Shown piece by piece: positions 6,378 through 13,341 of a DNA stretch of 42,119 nucleotides. Positions within the stretch are counted from its first letter, which is position 1, and every line of letters starts with the position of its first letter. The DNA is from Actinobacteria bacterium UBA7422 (lineage in GTDB: Bacteria > Actinomycetota > Actinomycetes > S36-B12). The position numbers were made by a program, and so were the translations under genes. Location of the stretch: positions 8,217-50,335 of the forward strand of contig DKME01000129.1 of assembly GCA_002469525.1 (NCBI GenBank). Direction: 5' to 3'. A model generated the notes under the pieces. The model was not told the origin of the DNA. It saw only the letters and a list, made by a program, of their open reading frames with translations, and did no database searches.

Positions 6378-9214
6378 CCCCGCAAGTTCTCAACGTGTCA
6401 GGGGAGAAAACTCAAGGCGTTGAATCAGGTTTCGTTTACAAGTGTGTCTCTGGAACCATGCTGTTATTCGTTGTTAACCCAGAAGGGCGCAGGCTTCCGG
6501 TTGGTGACTTCTCCGAAGGCGAAGTGGTCATGGGGGCCGACAGGGTCCCGGGTGAATCGCACCTGCTGATCGCCGGCACCCAAGGCACAATCGTGGAGGT
6601 GCACGCCAGCTCGCAGTTCATCGAAAATTCTGGCACCGAAGCAATTTCGCATTGGTTCTATCGGGTTGGTGAGATCGCTCTGGCAGGGCGCTGGGTGCAA
6701 AAGGTTATTGCGCCCAACGGTGAAAAGCTTCGACTCGCTCCAGGTGAAAACGTTGTGACCCGAAGCGACTCGGTCCCGGCCCACAACAAAGAAATCCTGG
6801 GTTGGTTAAAAGTCACGTCGGGGACGGCAACATATTGCGGGTGGGCCTCAGGGCATATCGGGGTCCTGGATGTGGCCGTGCCGATCACCCGTGGTGTGTG
6901 GCTTACCAGCGGGCTTCGCTGCCAGATTCTGGACGCTGCAGCACCCCAGAATCCCCAGGAGTGGGTGGCCGCGAGTGACCTAATGGGAGGGTTGTTGTGT
7001 GCGGCAATAATTGATTCTCAGCGCACTCGCGACGAGAAACGACAAAGTGCCGTGCAAGAAGCAGATTTCGTTATGTCGCAGAGTGTTCAGGCTGGTATCG
7101 ACTCGCTCGCGGGCGCGGTTATTGGAGAGGTCAATTCACAGGAGATCCCACGGGGGCGCGATTACGCTGCATTGACCTGCGGTTTTCGAGTGGCTCAAGC
7201 CACCGGGCTTACGCTCACTGACGGCGCTTGGGATTCGGCAAAGATTGAAGTTGCAACCGGTCGAAACCCGATTTCGATAGTGGCCTCACATGCAGCTGCT
7301 CGCTCGCGAGACGTCACTTTGGAAGCGGGCTGGTGGGAACTTGAAGGGCCACCACTTGTGGCAAAGAGTGAACGGGGCGACTACTTCGCCTTGATTTGGC
7401 AAGGTCGAAAGTGGGAAGCATTTACTGCCGCGGAGCCACATAAGCCGATTGCGGTTGATTCCGAATTCGCTTCGGGGCTATCCCGCTCTGCCACCGAGAT
7501 CGTACCGATCCTTCCCCCTGAACCGAGTGGGCTTTCTGCATTGATTCGCTTAGCGTCCGCGCGATCACGCAGTGATCTGGTAACCCTGGTGGTGTTGACA
7601 GTCGGAATTGCCGCGATGGCGTTTTTTACTCCCTATATTTTAGGGCAGTTAGCCAATTCAATCTCGGAAGTCACCCCTACTTCAATCTTCACGGCCGTTG
7701 GCGCATTAATCCTGATTCTGTTGGCCACAACGGGTTGGGAAATAGTTCGAAGCTTGGCCTTACTTCGAATTAGGATTCGCGGTTCAGCAATTGCAATTGG
7801 TGCAGTGTGGGACCGCATGATGCGTCAGCGTGCCACTTGGCATGACAAATTTACCCTCGGTGAACGTATGACCCAGTCCACTGCTGTCTCAACTTCAGCA
7901 ACGGCCGTGCCTGATGCAACGATTATCGCCTTGATCGACACTGTCACGATAATTGGTGGCTTGGCAGCGATCGCCACGACCAGTTCAGCGCTACTGCTGT
8001 CAATCACAATCTTGTTAGTAATTCAGTTTTCGGTCAACCTTTGGTTCACCAAACTCGGGGCAAAACTCACCTATGAACGCGTTTCGGCAAGTTCAGCGGC
8101 TACCGGTCGCCTGATGGAAACTCTTGGGGCGGTTGACCGAATAAAAGTTTCCGGTGCGCAAGGCCGGGCCTTCAAAAGGTGGGCAAGTGTGCAGGCCCTA
8201 CTGACTTCGGCTGATCTGTCCCTGCGCAAACTGATGGTAATCCAAGGGATTGTATTGGCCGCCTGGCCGATAATTGGACTGATTGTGATTGTGGCAGTGT
8301 CTGGTGCGACGGGAGCAAGTTTCGGGGATTTCGTTACCGCTCAAACTGCCACGGCAATCGCCACCACGACACTGGGCGCCACCTCCATTGCCGCTAGCGC
8401 ACTGCTCAACGGACAAGCTGTTTTACGCAAAGTGAAACCAGTGCTGGAAAGCGAACCCGAAGGGTTCGGGCAGGGAGTGTCACCGGGCAGAATCAGTGGA
8501 GGAGTCAGTTTTAGTGACATAAATTTCCGCTACGATCCGGCCACTAAGCCAGTTCTGAACGGAATCAGCTTTACCGTTAACCCAGGGGAGCATGTCGCAA
8601 TTGTCGGGCCATCGGGTTGTGGGAAAACCACTCTCATGCGTATTTTGCTCGGATTGGAAGAACCAGAGTCCGGCGTTATTTCGGTGGACGGAATGGACAT
8701 GGCCTCACTGGATCGACCATCACTTCGCAGACAAATCGGTAGTGTCCTGCAATCTTCCAAATTATTACCCGGAACAATTTTTGCCAACATTGACATGGGC
8801 AGAGGGCTCAGTCGCGAGCAGGTGTGGGAAGCACTTGAATGGGCCAGCGTGGCAACAGATGTTCGCGCCATGGGGCTTGGCCTAGACACTCCAGTGGTGG
8901 ACGGATCTGGTTCAGTTTCCGGTGGTCAACGTCAGCGGATCCTATTGGCGCGAGCCTTAGCTTCCAACCCTCGCATGCTCGTTCTCGACGAAGCGACCAG
9001 TGCCTTGGACAATGTGACACAGGGTGTGATCGTGGACTTCCTGGACACCCTTCGTCTGACACGAATAGTTGTCGCGCACAGACTGTCTACTATCGCCGGT
9101 GCCGATCGAATCATTGTGTTAGTCGACGGTCACGTAGCGCAGATGGGAACCTATGAGGAACTCACGAGAATCCCGGGTCACTTCAAAGATTTAGCTGAAC
9201 GTCAACTCGCCTGA
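6374..9214 (+). CDS. ABC exporter permease/ATPase with ~390-aa N-terminal extension (NHLM ABC2-like partner subunit)
   Basis: 946 aa; ATGA overlap with the upstream gene (6374-6377). TMD starts near aa 400. The NBD is intact (GPSGCGKTT, VSGGQRQRILLARAL, MLVLDEATSALD, VAHRLST). The N-terminal region has beta-barrel-like segments and a C39-like stretch lacking the catalytic His (GDYFALIWQG). Confidence 0.8.
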   Translation: MTPQVLNVSGEKTQGVESGFVYKCVSGTMLLFVVNPEGRRLPVGDFSEGEVVMGADRVPGESHLLIAGTQGTIVEVHASSQFIENSGTEAISHWFYRVGEIALAGRWVQKVIAPNGEKLRLAPGENVVTRSDSVPAHNKEILGWLKVTSGTATYCGWASGHIGVLDVAVPITRGVWLTSGLRCQILDAAAPQNPQEWVAASDLMGGLLCAAIIDSQRTRDEKRQSAVQEADFVMSQSVQAGIDSLAGAVIGEVNSQEIPRGRDYAALTCGFRVAQATGLTLTDGAWDSAKIEVATGRNPISIVASHAAARSRDVTLEAGWWELEGPPLVAKSERGDYFALIWQGRKWEAFTAAEPHKPIAVDSEFASGLSRSATEIVPILPPEPSGLSALIRLASARSRSDLVTLVVLTVGIAAMAFFTPYILGQLANSISEVTPTSIFTAVGALILILLATTGWEIVRSLALLRIRIRGSAIAIGAVWDRMMRQRATWHDKFTLGERMTQSTAVSTSATAVPDATIIALIDTVTIIGGLAAIATTSSALLLSITILLVIQFSVNLWFTKLGAKLTYERVSASSAATGRLMETLGAVDRIKVSGAQGRAFKRWASVQALLTSADLSLRKLMVIQGIVLAAWPIIGLIVIVAVSGATGASFGDFVTAQTATAIATTTLGATSIAASALLNGQAVLRKVKPVLESEPEGFGQGVSPGRISGGVSFSDINFRYDPATKPVLNGISFTVNPGEHVAIVGPSGCGKTTLMRILLGLEEPESGVISVDGMDMASLDRPSLRRQIGSVLQSSKLLPGTIFANIDMGRGLSREQVWEALEWASVATDVRAMGLGLDTPVVDGSGSVSGGQRQRILLARALASNPRMLVLDEATSALDNVTQGVIVDFLDTLRLTRIVVAHRLSTIAGADRIIVLVDGHVAQMGTYEELTRIPGHFKDLAERQLA

Positions 9215-9250
9215 CGTGAACTCGCCTAATACTTGTCCGTGGCATGTTTA

Positions 9251-12200
9251 CTAGATGAACAAGTGACGCGCGGCGATGCGATCCTGCTTGGTCCCCGAAA
9301 TCTGATTGAGCGCGAAACCGACGCCGGCAAGTCCCTTAAACAGGCTTGGTGCTTGTAGCTCGGGGCTACCAAAGGCGGTAATGCGAAAGCCGCCAAGGCT
9401 GGCTGCGCGAGATTGAATTGCTTCGAGCAACTCTTTGCTCGCAAGATTCCATTGATCTTGGCCGGTTGAGTCACCCAAGTAACTTAGAATTAAGGCCCGT
9501 CCTAGGTTGCCGCAACAAATTGAGTCCAGTCCTACAACGCCGGTGCTTGCTGTGGTGTGGGCTGCGAGAGCTAAATCATGCCTCCACATGTGTCCGTCGT
9601 TGTGATCTGGAACAAGTTCCAGCGCGCGCATGCGTGTCAGTGCAATACCGGGTGCCCCTGCGCACCAGCCATACATAAATTTGTCTTCCGAAGCTTTTGT
9701 ATTGTGCTCTCGCAGGTCTCGCCAGTTTCCCGCGGAGGCTACGAAGTCAGCTGACTCGGTAGACATGGCTCGAGCGCCGGCATCTATGAAATCAGTGTTC
9801 TCTAAAGCAACTCCTATTTCGATTAAAGCTATTCCGATACCGCTTGAACCGTGGGCCAAGCCGTTAAGGGCACGTGATGAGAATTGCCCGATCCAATTTC
9901 CGTCTTCGGTGAGGTTCTTAATCAGGTGATGTGCGATCAATTCCACGGCGTTGCGGGTTACAGGTTCACCGAATGCGGTGAACCTACGGGCTAAGGCCCC
10001 TGCGCTGCCGGCAACACCGCTGATGACGTCAAATGATCGATCCCGTGCCACGAGTTGCTCGGTGACTAATTCACTGAAGGCATCCCAGAATATTGCAGCT
10101 TTGCCAGGTTCAAGGCTTGAATTGGTCTCGAGGTATTCATAGAGTCGAGCAACCCCACCGATACCATTAATGCCAAGCCCATTGTCTCGCACCGCTCGAA
10201 ATGCCGCCCCATCCTGTGAATGAGTAAACAGGCTCTCGACCTCGACCATCGCCTCAGTGACTTGGACGTCACTACGTTGGCTTGAGAAAAATGCCATGAG
10301 TCCGGCACGACCGCCGTACAAGTTCAACGAAATGGATTGCAGTGCAAAGTGATCTGCATTTCCTTGAGCCTCCAACACAAGCCAGGTCGGATTGCCAGCG
10401 GTGTCCTTGAGTGTCAGGTCCGTGAGTTGATTGGCAATCTGTGTAGGCGTAAGGGCAGTAAATTCAACTATTTCCGCAGACGAACTTTGCTGAGCCTGAT
10501 GAATTGAATCACGCGAAGCAAATGCGCCACGAATCAGCCGAGCTTGCCACTCTAGTTCTGAAGGGGAGAACCGCTCGAGCCGCAAGGTTGCGGCATGTAT
10601 TCCCTCACTTGAGATCACTCCTTCAATATCTCCGAAATCAGACCTAATTGAAGTCGAACCAAGGGGAAAGTCGAAATACGGTATGTCGTAGTTCTCCATT
10701 GCCCGTAGTTCTTCATGGAAAATTTTCCAATGCGCTGTCTGCTCTGTAGCGATTAACCAAGACCTCGAAAGTCTGTCAATTTCAATTCCTCGAAGCAGCG
10801 GCTGTGCCATGCACTCTGGTCGAAGTGCTCGGCTGGACAGAATGGCGTACGTACTCGTATTGCGCATGACTATTCGACGGTTAATTCCGTGAAAACGTTG
10901 AAAACGTCGCGCAATTTCAACGCGAATGTCTGGATTAAGAACCAAGTTATACACCTGTGTAAAGCCGCTGATTATCTCTTCCAAATGGTTAGACAATGGG
11001 TTAGCAACACCCAATGAGACAGGTAGTGAAGTTGGTGCACGCGCTGGTATTTCATGAGCATCAAGGTGCATCGCGTCGCTGTTGATCTTGACCCAGCCAC
11101 GGGTTTTAACGGTGGCCTTGATTGCTGAATCAATGCCAAGTGCACTCCAATCTGCCAGTGGGGCACCTACTGCAATCGAGCGCCAATTAGGAAGCATTCC
11201 GATTCGAAGTACAGAGTCTTGAAGGCCGTCAATCACTGAGGGCTCGGTCTCAATAAAATTACTAAGTTCACTGTCGAAAATAGTCTCAGCGTCAATGAGA
11301 AATAGGTCGGTTCCGTTGGCGATCAAATTTTCGGTGTGGCAATCTGAACCGTTAACCATATAAATGATTCCAAGTAGCCTGCCGGAATTTTCATAGAACT
11401 CGGGAAGTCCAGATGACTCACACGGAATGTGCTCAATGAATTCCGCGTAACCATGGGTTTCCCCTACCGCCGCAATGGTTATTTGACGGAGCGATTCTCC
11501 CGGCAGTTGCGACTTGATCCAGCCAAGGAAGTCGTTGAATTCCGCCTCAATACGCATGTCTTTGGGTTTATAAACTACTGACCAGCCGGGGTGCGAATCA
11601 GTGGAGTGCGATTCGCAGAAAAACAGAACCGCAACCTCTTGGCCACCACGGTGCGGATCACTGAGTGCCAAGGTGAGCCCGCAGAGTCCGGCATTTAGTG
11701 GAATCCCGAATGTATTCAACAGGGTGTCGCGATCCTGGTGGACTCGTTCCAGGAGTGAGCGCGTATTTTTCTCCCATTGAAGTGTGACAATTCCGAGCAA
11801 CCGACCAATCCCCGGGTACTCGGCAAGTAGTGACTCCAAAGCGTCTGACAAGGTGTCGTTGCAAAACTGCTGGTAGCTGCGTGCACCGGCTGCGGCTAGT
11901 AAAGTCCTCGAGGTCATGTGCGAAAGTCGTGAAATCAGGACTTTCACCAGTTCCTGTTCCATGAGAGCAGTGGGGATCAGTGTGGTCAGCGGATTGAGGC
12001 TGTCGAAAAATTCCCGAGTGGTCTGCTCAACCAGCGGCGCCAACACATGATAAAACGGAATCGCGCCTTCACCAACGTTGTGATCGAAATCAATCGATCG
12101 CTCTGAAAGTTGAGAGCGAATTTTCGTGAGCTTGTGCACCCATGGAGATGATCCAGCGGTATCGAGGTTCTGGGCCAACATCGCCACAGCATGACCAAAG

Positions 12201-12382
12201 TTAATTCCATCCCAGGACAGTCGACGCTCAAAATTACCTAACCCGGCCGGATCAATCAGGGCGCGCCAACTATCGAGCACTGGCGTCAAGTCTGCCGAAA
12301 GGTCCAAGGGATCCAGAGGTGCCAGTTTTGGAGCTTCCGCCAGTCGTTCATCCCATGAGGGAAAAAAGGGGCTCGAGATCAC
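9251..12382 (-). CDS. lanM: Class II lanthipeptide synthetase LanM (dehydratase/kinase domain plus LanC-like cyclase), CCG-type
   Basis: 1043 aa, GTG start. The dehydratase catalytic region is GSDCHTENLIANGTDLFLIDAETIF (DCHTEN = 11327-11344, checked against the nucleotides). The C-terminal LanC-like motifs are GLAHGSSGIGIAL, GWCAGAPGIAL and SICCGNLG (CCG = 9509-9517, checked). It is convergent with exporter module 1 and divergent from module 2. Confidence 0.9.
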   Translation of the reverse strand: MISSPFFPSWDERLAEAPKLAPLDPLDLSADLTPVLDSWRALIDPAGLGNFERRLSWDGINFGHAVAMLAQNLDTAGSSPWVHKLTKIRSQLSERSIDFDHNVGEGAIPFYHVLAPLVEQTTREFFDSLNPLTTLIPTALMEQELVKVLISRLSHMTSRTLLAAAGARSYQQFCNDTLSDALESLLAEYPGIGRLLGIVTLQWEKNTRSLLERVHQDRDTLLNTFGIPLNAGLCGLTLALSDPHRGGQEVAVLFFCESHSTDSHPGWSVVYKPKDMRIEAEFNDFLGWIKSQLPGESLRQITIAAVGETHGYAEFIEHIPCESSGLPEFYENSGRLLGIIYMVNGSDCHTENLIANGTDLFLIDAETIFDSELSNFIETEPSVIDGLQDSVLRIGMLPNWRSIAVGAPLADWSALGIDSAIKATVKTRGWVKINSDAMHLDAHEIPARAPTSLPVSLGVANPLSNHLEEIISGFTQVYNLVLNPDIRVEIARRFQRFHGINRRIVMRNTSTYAILSSRALRPECMAQPLLRGIEIDRLSRSWLIATEQTAHWKIFHEELRAMENYDIPYFDFPLGSTSIRSDFGDIEGVISSEGIHAATLRLERFSPSELEWQARLIRGAFASRDSIHQAQQSSSAEIVEFTALTPTQIANQLTDLTLKDTAGNPTWLVLEAQGNADHFALQSISLNLYGGRAGLMAFFSSQRSDVQVTEAMVEVESLFTHSQDGAAFRAVRDNGLGINGIGGVARLYEYLETNSSLEPGKAAIFWDAFSELVTEQLVARDRSFDVISGVAGSAGALARRFTAFGEPVTRNAVELIAHHLIKNLTEDGNWIGQFSSRALNGLAHGSSGIGIALIEIGVALENTDFIDAGARAMSTESADFVASAGNWRDLREHNTKASEDKFMYGWCAGAPGIALTRMRALELVPDHNDGHMWRHDLALAAHTTASTGVVGLDSICCGNLGRALILSYLGDSTGQDQWNLASKELLEAIQSRAASLGGFRITAFGSPELQAPSLFKGLAGVGFALNQISGTKQDRIAARHLFI

Positions 12383-12416
12383 TGCTTTATTAAAGTGGAG
12401 AGCGAACAGGTGGGAA

Positions 12417-12456
12417 ACCGTGCAATCACGGTAAATAATTGGTCACAAAATTGGTC
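12417..12456. promoter_or_regulatory. Candidate operator elements in the lanM / exporter-2 divergent intergenic region
   Basis: Perfect inverted repeat ACCGTG-caat-CACGGT (12417-12432), followed by two copies of AATTGGTC spaced 12 nt apart (12437-12444 and 12449-12456). CACGGT recurs at 12490-12495. The region lies between the divergent starts at 12382 and 12508. Confidence 0.3.
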
Positions 12457-12507
12457 CTAAAAAAGTGACAACTGGCATTACTGTGCTAGCACGGTAGTGA
12501 TTCACGT

Positions 12508-13341
12508 TTGCGCAAGCAAAAATCGTGTGTGAGCGATTCAGGCCCCAGCACAAAGTTCGAGGTCGAGTCCCCGATAGCCCGCCTTGACCAGGTGGTAATT
12601 TTTGGCAAACCACGCCTCTGGGTAGGACTCTTAGGGGTTATTTCACTTATTCTCGCCGGGCTCGTGTGGGGTTTATTGTCCTCTCCGCCAGTAACGGTGG
12701 GTGCTCGAGGCGTCCTCTCCACTCAAGGCGGCCCACTTGAGATTGGAACTTCCCAGAGTGGAACCGTGACCGGGCTTAACGTGGTTCTGGGGGAGAGCGT
12801 TCAACGCTTTAACGTAATTGCCGTCGTTCAAGACGACCAAGGAAATTTTTCACCCATAACCACTTCGGTATCGGGAACCGTGATTGAGATCTCAACACAG
12901 GTGGGCGACTTTGTTAGAGAGGGCGAGAGCATCGCGATAATTCAGGATTCGCGCGAGCAATTGCAAGCTATCGCGTTAATCCCTGTCTCAACTGTGGGAA
13001 CAATAGAAGTGGGTCAGCCGGTGAATATCACCGCTGTTTCTGTTCCTGTGGGACAGTTCGGATACCTCCAGGGCACCGTGGCAACTATTTCAAGTATCCC
13101 GATGAGCCGTGCCCGAGTCAATCAATTGGTGGGCAGCGTCGCGGGATATCAAGACATTGACACATTGTCCGAGCCAATCGTTGAGGTGCGTGTGGATCTA
13201 ACGCAGGATCCAGAAACCGTCTCCGGATTTGCCTGGACAATTGGAGTTGGGCCCCCATTTGGCCTGCTGGCCGGTACTCCTTGGACCGGCGACATTATTA
13301 CCGGATTTCAAAGCCCGCTCACATCACTTTTCGGTTCCTAA
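12508..13341 (+). CDS. HlyD-family secretion adaptor, short form (paralogue of 3412-4236)
   Basis: 277 aa from TTG 12508 (alternative GTG at 12529). It has the same layout as the first HlyD-like protein: a short tail, one TM helix (LWVGLLGVISLILAGLVWGLL), lipoyl-like halves (VSGTVIEISTQVGDFVREGESIAIIQ) and a beta-barrel region. The stop overlaps the next start (TAATG at 13339-13343). Confidence 0.6.
   Translation: MRKQKSCVSDSGPSTKFEVESPIARLDQVVIFGKPRLWVGLLGVISLILAGLVWGLLSSPPVTVGARGVLSTQGGPLEIGTSQSGTVTGLNVVLGESVQRFNVIAVVQDDQGNFSPITTSVSGTVIEISTQVGDFVREGESIAIIQDSREQLQAIALIPVSTVGTIEVGQPVNITAVSVPVGQFGYLQGTVATISSIPMSRARVNQLVGSVAGYQDIDTLSEPIVEVRVDLTQDPETVSGFAWTIGVGPPFGLLAGTPWTGDIITGFQSPLTSLFGS

Noticed and set aside
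9203-9229. Duplication of the last codons of the ABC2 gene: caactcgccTGA cgt gaactcgccTAA. A read-through of the TGA would add only REL A before a second stop.
   Set aside because: It is a short 12-nt imperfect duplicate at a gene end and is probably replication slippage with no functional consequence. I saw no recoding signal.
12427-12433. Recurrence of CACGGTA-like motifs in several intergenic regions (about 2138, 12427, 12490 and 26123), considered as a shared regulatory motif.
   Set aside because: A 6-7-mer is expected many times by chance in 42 kb on two strands. Only the palindromic arrangement at 12417-12432 seems worth reporting.
12486-12722. 78-aa minus-strand ORF ending ~100 nt upstream of lanM, with a TGG motif and a Cys/Ser/Thr-containing C-terminus (THDFCLRKRESLPC). 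I considered it as a second lanthipeptide precursor.
   Set aside because: It lies entirely antisense to the N-terminus of the second HlyD-like gene, whose frame shows family-typical features. It has no Nif11/NHLP-like leader pattern and no ELxxxExV(A/S)GG-type leader end, and it is Arg/Pro-rich like a shadow ORF.
13281-13340. The TTG start at 13281 for the module-2 ABC gene, which gives a 60-nt overlap with the HlyD-like gene.
   Set aside because: The ATG at 13341 forms a TAATG stop/start junction and yields an N-terminus that aligns directly with the paralogue's C39 domain. The extra 20 residues (DRRHYYRISKPAHITFRFL) look non-coding in this frame.
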